A DNA stretch of 64,000 nucleotides from positions 1,162-65,161 of the forward strand of contig CAUQKI010000006.1 in the NCBI GenBank assembly GCA_963518955.1, in the 5' to 3' direction. This stretch comes from an uncultured Flavobacteriaceae bacterium. GTDB taxonomy: Bacteria; Bacteroidota; Bacteroidia; Flavobacteriales; Weeksellaceae. The notes under the pieces were generated by a model that was not told the DNA's origin, ran no database searches, and saw only the letters and a list, made by a program, of their open reading frames with translations. Both the position numbers and the translations under genes were made by a program. This document shows, piece by piece, positions 55,745 through 64,000 of this stretch (position 1 is the stretch's first letter; every line of letters starts with the position of its first letter).

Positions 55745-56431
55745 TCAAACATATGATTTTTCCCTTTTTAAATCTGTGATGAGCATCGGATTGTCTTCTC
55801 TCATTTTATTGACAAGCTCCTCTACTCTGCTGGTTTTCGGGTCTTCCCAAAGCCAGTCCAATTCCTCTTGAGTAATGCCCACCATCTGCAAAAAGGCAAC
55901 CTCTCCATTAGGCGTTTCTATCGTACCGAGCTGTGGGTCAGGCGCAAAGACCATCCCTACCAATTTAGTATCACACTCCAAGCGAATAGGTCCATTGGCT
56001 GGAATAAAATGATAGGCTTCAAACCATTTTTTGCTTTCAAATACATAGCGAGCCAAATTCTGCATCATATTCATCGCCCAATAGGGCTCATTTTTAGCTC
56101 CATCCGAATCCTTATCTGCTTCAAAAGGAACTACACGAAAAGTAAACTCAAAGCCCCATCCACTAAATTCATTTTCAGCACTTTCAGGCGAATAATATAA
56201 GTCACTCATCCCATATGACACTACATGCCGATGAAAAATTTGCTCCTCATTATCATAAATACTAATGCCATCAAGCGGGTCTTCCCCTCCGAGCATATGT
56301 TTTAAAACAGGTCCATAATGGCGAGGCTCCTGCTCTGGATAAACCTTCAATAAAGCCTCATCTATAGCATCCCAGCCTACTGAATCAGTTTCTTCAAATT
56401 TTGCTTTGTATTGCTCTTCTGTGTATCTCAT
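55745..56431 (-). CDS. Suppressor-of-fused (SUFU)-like domain protein
   Basis: The YGPVLKHMLGGEDPLDGISIYDN pattern is typical of bacterial SUFU-domain proteins. Confidence 0.6.
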   Translation of the reverse strand: MRYTEEQYKAKFEETDSVGWDAIDEALLKVYPEQEPRHYGPVLKHMLGGEDPLDGISIYDNEEQIFHRHVVSYGMSDLYYSPESAENEFSGWGFEFTFRVVPFEADKDSDGAKNEPYWAMNMMQNLARYVFESKKWFEAYHFIPANGPIRLECDTKLVGMVFAPDPQLGTIETPNGEVAFLQMVGITQEELDWLWEDPKTSRVEELVNKMREDNPMLITDLKREKSYV

Positions 56432-56453
56432 TTTTTTTAATTTTAATTTATGA

Positions 56454-57377
56454 TTAGTTATTTTCTTCTGCTTCCTCCATTAATTTTAAATAAGTCAAAT
56501 ATCTCGATTCCAAAATTTCCCCTTCCTCTAATTGGACTATAACGGAGCATTTTGGTTCATTGATATGCAGACAGTTATGAAATTTACAATTTTTCCCTTC
56601 CTCAAATATCTCTGGAAAAAAATGCTGAATTTCCTCTTTTTCTATATCCACCATCGCAAACTCTCGCACTCCTGGCGTGTCAATAACACTTCCGCCAAAA
56701 CTCCAAAAATGCATCTGCGCAAAAGTAGTCGTATGCTTCCCTTTGAGGTGCGCCTCCGATATTTCGCCTGTTTTCAAATCAAGTGTTGGTTCCAGTGTAT
56801 TCACCAATGTAGATTTTCCACTTCCTGAGTGACCAAAAAACACCGAAACTTTATCTTTCAAAAGTGTTTTCAAGGTTTCTATATTTTCGCCTGAAACAGA
56901 AGAAATTCTCAAAGTTTCGTAGCCTATATTCTGATAAAGCTGCTGGAGGGCTGCCAAAAGTTCCAATTCTTCAGCATTAAGGGTATCTATTTTATTAAAT
57001 AAAATCAAAGGCTGGATATTATAAGCCTCACAGCACACCAAAAAACGATCCAAAAAGCCGAGCGAAGTTTCAGGGAATTTTAGTGTGAAAATAAAACACG
57101 CCGTGTCTATATTAGAAGCGATAATGTGGGCTTCCTTGGAAAGATTGACCGATTTTCGGATGAGATAATTTTTCCTTGGTTCTATCTTTGTAATCCACGC
57201 AACATCAGAACTTTCCAGCTCAAATTCCACAAAATCTCCTACCGCCAGCGGATTGGTAAGCCTTGTTTTCAGGAGTTTAAATTTCCCTCGTATTCTCGCC
57301 TCGTAGATGGTGTTTGTCGCAGTTTCCTGCACTTGGTACCAGCTGCCTGTTGATTTTATAATTAGTCCTTTTTTCAA
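56454..57377 (-). CDS. rsgA: Ribosome small-subunit-dependent GTPase A
   Basis: GHSGSGKSTLVN P-loop. C-terminal zinc motif CKFHNCLHINEPKC. Confidence 0.9.
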   Translation of the reverse strand: MKKGLIIKSTGSWYQVQETATNTIYEARIRGKFKLLKTRLTNPLAVGDFVEFELESSDVAWITKIEPRKNYLIRKSVNLSKEAHIIASNIDTACFIFTLKFPETSLGFLDRFLVCCEAYNIQPLILFNKIDTLNAEELELLAALQQLYQNIGYETLRISSVSGENIETLKTLLKDKVSVFFGHSGSGKSTLVNTLEPTLDLKTGEISEAHLKGKHTTTFAQMHFWSFGGSVIDTPGVREFAMVDIEKEEIQHFFPEIFEEGKNCKFHNCLHINEPKCSVIVQLEEGEILESRYLTYLKLMEEAEENN

Positions 57378-57397
57378 GAAAATATTTTTTAGTTTTT

Positions 57398-58012
57398 TTA
57401 AGAAAAATCAAATTTCATCAAATCTTCCAAATCGCTTAAAATTGGGTTGATTTCAGCAAATTTATCAAAAATTTTCCGCTTCGTAACCACTTCCCTTTTT
57501 AGGCTGGTGTCCGCTTTGTAGAAGATTTCTATTTTGAAATTATTTACTTTGTGTTTAAAGTGATTGAAAAAACCCGCCTGAACTCTCTCAAATTCATGCT
57601 TTGCGCTATCTGAAGAATACAAAACTTCTATCTGGTTTTCATCCGCTTTACGAAGCTGGAAGGAGCTTATCGCATTATACGCCACTATATCACTCACCGA
57701 GAGGTCTTTTAGGAAATTGCGCCATTCTGTTTGCAGGTCAGTTTCCGTGAAATGATGGTCAGGAAGGTTTTCTTCCGTTTCGGAAAAAAGATTTAGTTCG
57801 TCTTCTTTCTCCTTCTTTTCCATATGTTTTTTAATGGAAAATTCAGAAGATTCCTTTATATTTCTGCCTATTGGCTGGGCAGCTTTTTTTACTTCTAATT
57901 TTGTGATTTCCTCTGTTGTAAGAGTTTTCGGTGCGGGAGTTTCGGATTTTTTAGGAGCAGTTTCTCGTAGTTTTTCTACATCACGAAACGGCGGAACTAG
58001 TATTAAGAACTT
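57398..58012 (-). CDS. dnaX: dnaX -1 frame continuation: putative tau-specific C-terminal region
   Basis: My translation of the -1 frame from the A-run is open for 63 codons (KFLILVPPFRDVEKLRETAPKKSETPAPKT...). It joins the 141-aa track ORF 57398..57823 with no stop. Confidence 0.6.
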   Translation of the reverse strand, partial: KFLILVPPFRDVEKLRETAPKKSETPAPKTLTTEEITKLEVKKAAQPIGRNIKESSEFSIKKHMEKKEKEDELNLFSETEENLPDHHFTETDLQTEWRNFLKDLSVSDIVAYNAISSFQLRKADENQIEVLYSSDSAKHEFERVQAGFFNHFKHKVNNFKIEIFYKADTSLKREVVTKRKIFDKFAEINPILSDLEDLMKFDFS

Positions 58013-59085
58013 TTTTTTTTATCCATATCCACAGCAGTAAGGCTGGCAAGCTGCATGAGGGCAATCTCCACCGTAAGGCGTGGATTTTTGGAATTTTTAT
58101 AGTTAATGTCTGCATGATTGCAGATTTCTATCGCATTGATGAGCTGTTGCGCTGTCCATTTTTGGCTCTGCTCAGCGTATTTTGCTTTGGTATTTTCACC
58201 AATTTCTATTAAAACTAAAGTGGAAGGGTTCTGTGCCAGCATCAAATCTCTAAAATGACTGCCGAGCCCAGCGATAAAGATATGCGGGTCAAAACCTTTT
58301 TTGACAATCTCATCGAATTTCGCTAAAATAGCAGGAATATCGTTTTCTTTCGCTAAATCAGCCACTTTCAGATATTGGTCATAATCCAATATATTGAGAA
58401 TTTCGGCAGCATTTGCAAGGGTAATATTCTTCTGCGAAAAAGTAGTCAGCCTGTCAAAAATAGACAATGCATCACGCAAAGCGCCATCTGCCTTTTGGGC
58501 GATGAGAAACAAGGCATCATCTTCGTAAGCTATCCCTTCTTTTTCGGCTATTTTCTTTAAATGATTTTGGATATCCTCTATCGTAATTCTCTTGAAATCA
58601 TAGATTTGGCAGCGAGAAAGAATCGTTGGGATAATCTTATGTTTTTCCGTAGTCGCTAAAATGAAAATAGCGTGTGCTGGTGGTTCTTCCAGTGTTTTCA
58701 GAAAAGCATTGAAAGCCGCCTGAGAGAGCATATGCACCTCATCTATGATGTACACCTTATACTGCCCTACCTGCGGTGCAAAACGCACTTGGTCTATCAA
58801 ATGCCGAATATCATCCACCGAGTTATTAGACGCAGCATCTAATTCATAAATATTAAATGCGAAACCTTCTTCATCAGTTGCTCCTGATTTTTCATTGATT
58901 TTTCTCGCTAAAATCCTTGCACAAGTGGTTTTTCCCACTCCACGAGGCCCACAAAAAAGCAGTGCCTGTGCAAGCTGATTATTCTCTATGGCATGTTCTA
59001 GTGTATCCGTAATATGAGACTGCCCCACAACGGAGTCAAACTCCTGCGGACGATATTTTCTCGCTGATACAATGAAATTTTCCAT
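58003..59085 (-). CDS. dnaX: DNA polymerase III subunit gamma/tau, zero-frame (gamma-length) product
   Basis: GPRGVGKTT, DEVHML and SRCQ clamp-loader motifs. The ORF ends two codons after an A10 tract (...DKKKSS stop). Confidence 0.9.
   Translation of the reverse strand: MENFIVSARKYRPQEFDSVVGQSHITDTLEHAIENNQLAQALLFCGPRGVGKTTCARILARKINEKSGATDEEGFAFNIYELDAASNNSVDDIRHLIDQVRFAPQVGQYKVYIIDEVHMLSQAAFNAFLKTLEEPPAHAIFILATTEKHKIIPTILSRCQIYDFKRITIEDIQNHLKKIAEKEGIAYEDDALFLIAQKADGALRDALSIFDRLTTFSQKNITLANAAEILNILDYDQYLKVADLAKENDIPAILAKFDEIVKKGFDPHIFIAGLGSHFRDLMLAQNPSTLVLIEIGENTKAKYAEQSQKWTAQQLINAIEICNHADINYKNSKNPRLTVEIALMQLASLTAVDMDKKKSS
58011..58020 (-). promoter_or_regulatory. A10 slippery tract (A_AAA_AAA heptamer in phase): candidate -1 frameshift or transcriptional slippage site
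   Basis: T10 on the plus strand at 58011-58020. The zero frame reads GAT AAA AAA AAA AGT TCT TAA. Confidence 0.6.
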
Positions 59086-59120
59086 TTGACAAAAGTAATT
59101 ATTTTTTTTGTTTGAGACAA

Positions 59121-59585
59121 TTATTTAATATCATTTATCTCTCTTTTAGCACCTGATGTAGTTTTTATTGATAAAACTTTCAGTGTCTTTTTATTGAAAA
59201 CAATTTCGCTATCTTTTATATCTAATATTACTTTTTTATCTATGTATACAATCCTATATACACCCGTTATCACCCTATCATCAACAAGCACTAAGTAATT
59301 TTTACTTTTAATTTTTTTCTCTTTTGCTATATCCTCCAAAGTAACAAAATCTGGAAAGTATTCTTTATTTGTATTGATGATAATGTATTCTTTTCCTTTA
59401 TCTATTTCTCTTCTTACCTCTGATATCTTGTCACTATTAATCCCATATATAGACTCATAACTATAATTTACACCATTAAAAACCAATTCAGTTTTTCCTG
59501 TTTCTTTAGAATAATCTAAACAAATTTTATTCTGTCCAAAAAGAAAATTACAAAAAACAAGTAACATTAAATATATAAATTTCAT
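59121..59585 (-). CDS. Hypothetical secreted protein
   Basis: Signal peptide. No motif recognised. Confidence 0.45.
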   Translation of the reverse strand: MKFIYLMLLVFCNFLFGQNKICLDYSKETGKTELVFNGVNYSYESIYGINSDKISEVRREIDKGKEYIIINTNKEYFPDFVTLEDIAKEKKIKSKNYLVLVDDRVITGVYRIVYIDKKVILDIKDSEIVFNKKTLKVLSIKTTSGAKREINDIK

Positions 59586-59597
59586 AACAATATGGTT

Positions 59598-60011
59598 TTA
59601 TTTACACTTGCCTATAATAGTATCTGGGTGGTAAAAATACCCATACTTATCATAATATCTTATCACTCCTATGGTTTTAAGAGAATCATTCTTACATTTT
59701 TCCTTATAAAAATATGCAATTCCCCTTTCTTCTTGGTGTAAATGTAAAAAATGTGAGCTTGTAGGTCCTCCATCATCTTCCTCGTGGGTCAAAAAATATT
59801 CTGTGTCCCACCATGAATATTCATAAATTTCTGTATATTCTATTTTTTGGTTTATTAGATATTTTTTCAGTTCTTCTTTCAGCAAAGAATCGTTTTTGGG
59901 TAGATTTTTGACCAAAACCAAATTCATTGTTTCGGATTGATAAAATTCTATTTCTTTCTCTTTACACGAAAAAGAAATCAGTCCTATCAGAAAAACAAGA
60001 TAAAATTTCAT
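59598..60011 (-). CDS. Hypothetical lipoprotein
   Basis: Lipoprotein signal ISFSC. Confidence 0.45.
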   Translation of the reverse strand: MKFYLVFLIGLISFSCKEKEIEFYQSETMNLVLVKNLPKNDSLLKEELKKYLINQKIEYTEIYEYSWWDTEYFLTHEEDDGGPTSSHFLHLHQEERGIAYFYKEKCKNDSLKTIGVIRYYDKYGYFYHPDTIIGKCK

Positions 60012-60017
60012 CTAAAT

Positions 60018-61334
60018 TTAGCCCTTAAATTGGTACTTTCTCGCTCCATAAGAAAGCGGATTTTCTCTCTCTATTTCTACTAATCCAAAGCCTTTATAAT
60101 TAGGATTTACGGAAGTTTTCAGCTGTTTTCTATGGAGTTTTTCATAAGTTGAAAAATCCACCACTTTTCTATTCCCAAGGGTTTCAAAAAGCTGCCATTT
60201 TTCCACAACAGATTTCCAGTTTTCATTTATTTTCCCTGAAAAAACCTTGGATTTAGAACCGCTTCCATAAGCCAAAAAGCCCAATTCCTTCCCAGAAAGT
60301 TCCTCTTCCCTGTCAAAAGACACCTGCAGTGCAGACAGCAGAGCCATGAAAACGGAGGCTGTATAGAGGTTTCCTATCTCGGAACTCGCTCTCTGTGACG
60401 GCTCTATTTTTTGCTTTATAAAATCCAAATATTCTTCAGACTTGGCAAGGGCCTTTTTCTCTTCATCAGTCGTGTAGGGCAGGTTGTTTTCTATGCTGTA
60501 CAACTCTGTGAAAACCCTCTTCCCATGGAATGCATACGGCAGATGAAAAATCAGATAATGCCAGTTTTCATAGGGTTTTACCAAAGAATTTTGAACCTTG
60601 TAATGTTCATAGGCTTCTCTGATTCTATTTTGGTAACATTGATTAGAATACTGCCCGTCAAAAACTGGTTCATCAGAGAAAATTTCCATTTTATCTGGTG
60701 CCGTTTCTGGTGCATTTTTGAGGTCAGATTTCGCAATTTCTCTCCTTGGTTTGAAGAAATCAAAAACGCTCTCCGTAGCCACTCCCCATTTCCCTTCTAT
60801 TTCCAGCAAATTCGGTTCTGCTGAAATCAATAAAGCCACTGCACCAGCGCCCTGAGTATATTCGCCAGTTGATTTTAGTTCATATTTTGCATAGTCGGAG
60901 GCGATTACTACTGCCTTTTTATCGGGATTAACTTTCACAAAATCCAAACAAGTCTGCAATGCATCTACCCCGCCAATACAAGCAAAAGTCATATCCACCA
61001 CATCACAATTCCCAAAACATCTCTCGCCCAGCACCTGCTCCGCCATTTGAATTGCATAGGTAGCAGTAGGCTTTGCAGCATCCAAGGCACTTTCCGTTCC
61101 CAAATAAATCTTTGCAATATCTTTGGGCTGGATATTATAGTCTTTTATGAGCTTCAGAAGAGCCTCCGCCGCGAAAGTTGCCGTATCTTCGTACACATCA
61201 GGAAGAGCCATCTTGTGAAGCCCAAGACCTTTTTCTAACTTAGCCGAATCTATTTCTCTATTTTCAGCTAACTCATTGATATTCAAATAGAGCGATGGCA
61301 CATAGAAACTTGCCGCCTCAATTCCATATTTCAT
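60018..61334 (-). CDS. mvaS: Hydroxymethylglutaryl-CoA synthase (mevalonate pathway)
   Basis: Thiolase-like fold with a candidate active-site Cys in MTFACIGG. 438 aa. Confidence 0.8.
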   Translation of the reverse strand: MKYGIEAASFYVPSLYLNINELAENREIDSAKLEKGLGLHKMALPDVYEDTATFAAEALLKLIKDYNIQPKDIAKIYLGTESALDAAKPTATYAIQMAEQVLGERCFGNCDVVDMTFACIGGVDALQTCLDFVKVNPDKKAVVIASDYAKYELKSTGEYTQGAGAVALLISAEPNLLEIEGKWGVATESVFDFFKPRREIAKSDLKNAPETAPDKMEIFSDEPVFDGQYSNQCYQNRIREAYEHYKVQNSLVKPYENWHYLIFHLPYAFHGKRVFTELYSIENNLPYTTDEEKKALAKSEEYLDFIKQKIEPSQRASSEIGNLYTASVFMALLSALQVSFDREEELSGKELGFLAYGSGSKSKVFSGKINENWKSVVEKWQLFETLGNRKVVDFSTYEKLHRKQLKTSVNPNYKGFGLVEIERENPLSYGARKYQFKG

Positions 61335-61364
61335 ACTTTGGTTTTTCTGGTTTTTATTTTTTTC

Positions 61365-62219
61365 TTATTTTATTATTCTCTCCAGCACCCACTCTATCAT
61401 CATTTTTTCAGATTTATGGTGGTCTGCTGCGAACTCTCCTCTTCTTCTGTTTGCAATTACATTATTAATAGTAATCGCCTTGTGTCCCAACAATTTAGAC
61501 ATTCCATAGATCGCCGAAGTTTCCATTTCAAAGTTAGTAACTCCTAAATCATTCAGCACTTCCAAAAACTGGTCATCCACAGCTCTCAGTCTCAGCTGTC
61601 TTCCCTGCGGCGCATAAAACCCTGGGAAAGTCGCTGTATTTCCTACATATTTCGCATCTTTGAAATATTCATGCTGACTCTCTGCCCATTCTGAGAAATA
61701 AAGCATCGGTTTTATCTTTTCGTATGGGAATTTTGCTAAGAAATTTTTGCTAAATTCATTCTCAAACTGATAATCTTTGTAAAAATGAAGCAGTCCATCC
61801 AGACCTACCACATTCTGTGTTACCAGCATGTTATCTACCTCTACATCAGGATTTACACTTCCACAAGTTCCCATACGGAACAATTGTAAAGCTTTGTGTT
61901 CTGATTTAAATTCTTTATTTTTCAAATCAATATTCACCAAAGCATCCAGCTCATTCATCACGATATCAATGTTTTCCGTACCAATACCCGTAGACATTAC
62001 CGTGATTCGCTCTCCTCTGAGCGTTCCTGTATGTGTGTAAAATTCTCTTTTATTTTTCTTAATTTCTACTTTATCAAAGTATTGTGAAACCTTCGGAACA
62101 CGGTCTGGGTCACCCACCAAAAGAATTTTTTCTGCGATATCTTCTGGCTGAAGATTTAGATGATATACACTTCCATCTGGATTTAAAACCAATTCTGAGG
62201 CTGCTAATTTATTTACCAT
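61365..62219 (-). CDS. Nucleoside phosphorylase (PNP/UDP family 1)
   Basis: LVGDPDRV, STGIGTENIDIVMNEL and EMETSAIY motifs. Confidence 0.75.
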   Translation of the reverse strand: MVNKLAASELVLNPDGSVYHLNLQPEDIAEKILLVGDPDRVPKVSQYFDKVEIKKNKREFYTHTGTLRGERITVMSTGIGTENIDIVMNELDALVNIDLKNKEFKSEHKALQLFRMGTCGSVNPDVEVDNMLVTQNVVGLDGLLHFYKDYQFENEFSKNFLAKFPYEKIKPMLYFSEWAESQHEYFKDAKYVGNTATFPGFYAPQGRQLRLRAVDDQFLEVLNDLGVTNFEMETSAIYGMSKLLGHKAITINNVIANRRRGEFAADHHKSEKMMIEWVLERIIK

Positions 62220-62307
62220 AATAATTTTCTTTTTTTATTTAAATTTAAACTTCCCAAAGGTAAGGAATTTTATTGATTTCTTACCGATAATGTTCTTTTC
62301 TGAGGCT

Positions 62308-62637
62308 CTATCCTCCTACTCTCTTGGTTTTATAGCCCATATCAGAGAGAATTTTCATGATTTTATCGCGGTTGTCTCCTTGGATGATAATCACACCATC
62401 TTTCTCCGAACCACCGATTCCCAGAGTAGTTTTTATTTTTTTGGAAATATTTTTCAGTTCCTCCTCACTACCTTCAAAGCCTTCTATCAGAGTAACAGGC
62501 TTTCCGTTTCGTCCTTTCTTTTCGTATTTACAGATGAGTGGTTCTCGCTGCTCGTATTGTTCTTCAGGCATCTGGAAGTCCTGCTCTACATGGTCTGGAA
62601 AAAGATTTTTCAACTGGTCTCGTAAATCCATAATCAA
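62308..62637 (-). CDS. Translation initiation factor SUI1/YciH family
   Basis: ...GRNGKPVTLIEGF...LGIGGSEKDGVIIIQGDNRDKIMKIL. Confidence 0.85.
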   Translation of the reverse strand: MIMDLRDQLKNLFPDHVEQDFQMPEEQYEQREPLICKYEKKGRNGKPVTLIEGFEGSEEELKNISKKIKTTLGIGGSEKDGVIIIQGDNRDKIMKILSDMGYKTKRVGG

Positions 62638-62649
62638 ATATATTATTTA

Positions 62650-62680
62650 ATAAAAAACTCTCATCAGTGTGAGAGTTTTT
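62650..62680 (-). terminator. Rho-independent terminator after pnp
   Basis: Minus strand: AACTCTCA-CACTGA-TGAGAGTT followed by TTTTTTATT. Confidence 0.6.
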
Positions 62681-62696
62681 TGTTTTTGGTTTAAAA

Positions 62697-64000
62697 CTAT
62701 TTTTCGTTTGTTTTATCCTCTTTTTTTTCTGGTTTTGGAGGTTTTGGTAAAAGAACTTTTCTGGAAAGTCTCATTTTCTTTCTGTCATCATAACCCATGA
62801 ATTTCACTTCTACCTCATCGCCTTCTTTATATGGTACTTTTTCAGTTCTTTCCCATGCTATTTCAGAGATATGAAGAAGACCTTCTGTTCCTTTAGCCAA
62901 CTGGATAAATGCTCCAAACTCCATTACTTTAACGACTTTACCTTTATAAACTTCGCCAATCACAGGCACGAAAGTAATCTCGTTAATCTGAGCTATCGCT
63001 GCATTTATTTTTTCTCTATCCGTTCCAGAAATCTCTATATGTCCTATTTCTCCTCTCTCTTCTATCGTGATTACAGTATCTGTATCTTTCTGCATTTGCT
63101 GGATAATCTTACCACCAGGCCCGATTACCGCACCGATGAAATCTTTCGGGATTTCCATCATCACAAGTTTTGGAGCGTGAGGTTTCACATCTGCATTTGG
63201 CTTATCTATAGTTTTCAGCATTTCGCCCAAAATGTGCATTCTACCGTCTCTCGCCTGCATTAGGGCTTTTTCCATGATATCCATAGTAAGCCCTTGGATT
63301 TTGATATCCATCTGACAAGCCGTGATTCCTTCTGCAGTTCCTGTTACCTTAAAGTCCATATCTCCAAGGTGGTCTTCATCTCCTAAAATATCAGAAAGCA
63401 CTGTCCATTTGCCAGATTCTTTATCCGTAATTAGTCCCATTGCTATTCCTGAAACAGGCTTTTTCATCTGAATACCAGCATCCATAAGAGCCATTGTCCC
63501 AGCACAAACCGTTGCCATAGAAGAAGAACCATTAGATTCCAAAATATCTGAAACCACTCTGATAGTATATGGAGTTTCCTCTGGAATCATCACTTTTAAA
63601 GCTCTCTGAGCCAAATTACCATGTCCAATCTCTCTTCTGGAAGTTCCTCTCAACGGTCTCGCTTCCCCTGTAGAGAATGGAGGGAAATTATAATGAAGGA
63701 AGAATCTCTCATCATGCTGAGAAATTACAGAATCTATTCTGTTTGCATCCAATAAAGAACCAAGCGTTACCGTAGTCAAAGACTGAGTTTCTCCCCTTGT
63801 AAAGATAGAAGAACCGTGAGCTGCTGGAAGGTAATCCACCTCACACCAGATAGGTCTTATCTGCTGATTATTTCTACCATCTAGACGGATGTTTTCATTT
63901 AAAATCAACTGACGAACCGCCTCTTTCTGCACATCATGGAAGTAAGTTTTTGCTAAAACCTCTTTTTCTTCCAATTCCTCTTCTGTATATTTTTCTAAGA
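62697..64000 (-). CDS. pnp: Polyribonucleotide nucleotidyltransferase (PNPase), C-terminal part; the 5-prime end lies beyond the window
   Basis: Second RNase PH domain, KH motif ([10 protein letters not shown]) and S1 domain ([20 protein letters not shown]). The reading frame stays open to position 64000. Confidence 0.95.
   Translation of the reverse strand, partial: LEKYTEEELEEKEVLAKTYFHDVQKEAVRQLILNENIRLDGRNNQQIRPIWCEVDYLPAAHGSSIFTRGETQSLTTVTLGSLLDANRIDSVISQHDERFFLHYNFPPFSTGEARPLRGTSRREIGHGNLAQRALKVMIPEETPYTIRVVSDILESNGSSSMATVCAGTMALMDAGIQMKKPVSGIAMGLITDKESGKWTVLSDILGDEDHLGDMDFKVTGTAEGITACQMDIKIQGLTMDIMEKALMQARDGRMHILGEMLKTIDKPNADVKPHAPKLVMMEIPKDFIGAVIGPGGKIIQQMQKDTDTVITIEERGEIGHIEISGTDREKINAAIAQINEITFVPVIGEVYKGKVVKVMEFGAFIQLAKGTEGLLHISEIAWERTEKVPYKEGDEVEVKFMGYDDRKKMRLSRKVLLPKPPKPEKKEDKTNEK

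Noticed and set aside
57398-57823. The 141-aa ORF as an independent gene, or dnaX as a dead pseudogene
   Set aside because: Its frame stays open for 63 more codons upstream, exactly to the A10 tract at the end of dnaX, and it is the -1 frame relative to dnaX. A continuation of tau explains this better than a separate gene. Sequencing error remains possible and is flagged in the findings.
62290-62650. Two plus-strand ORFs (111 and 97 aa) antisense to the SUI1 gene
   Set aside because: The minus-strand frame carries the conserved SUI1/YciH pattern. The plus-strand frames are F/S/L-rich artefacts.

Overview
Low-GC bacterial chromosome segment. Gene content suggests Bacteroidota, class Flavobacteriia: Bat aerotolerance genes, HMG-CoA synthase, two UvrA paralogs and lipoprotein-rich hypotheticals. 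That placement rests on gene content only.

The window has two parts.

(1) Positions ~2.6-15.7 kb form an accessory island that looks more AT-rich by eye. It lies between tRNA-Arg(ACG) on the plus strand and a tRNA with a CAT anticodon on the minus strand, and both tRNA 3-prime ends point into it. The island carries:
- an AbiEii/AbiEi type IV toxin-antitoxin pair;
- a 5-prime-truncated tyrosine integrase;
- a compact same-strand module of small unknown and HTH genes, with a 10-bp-phased TAGA repeat array that looks like iterons;
- a small serine recombinase;
- a GC-rich ~113-nt nested imperfect palindrome, a candidate structured RNA or DNA site;
- an orphan membrane-anchored protein;
- an overlapping OLD-family ATPase/Toprim nuclease plus UvrD-like helicase pair (Gabija-like);
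- a DUF5053-like gene and a small secreted protein.

(2) Positions 16.4-64 kb hold ordinary core genes: ECF sigma, lipA, M13 peptidase, uvrA x2, brnQ, an SGNH+MBOAT pair, batBCD, pfkA, pcrA, two M16 peptidases, rpsF-rpsR-rplI, holB, cysHDN, rsgA, dnaX, HMG-CoA synthase, SUI1 and pnp.

The best candidates for undescribed biology:
- the satellite-like replication/packaging-type module at 5.1-9.2 kb;
- the palindromic element plus membrane protein at 9.2-10.5 kb, next to the Gabija-like pair;
- a dnaX gene in which full-length tau can be made only by a -1 slip on an A10 tract.

No CRISPR array, rRNA or recognisable IS element was seen. All functional calls come from motif recognition by eye, not from database searches.
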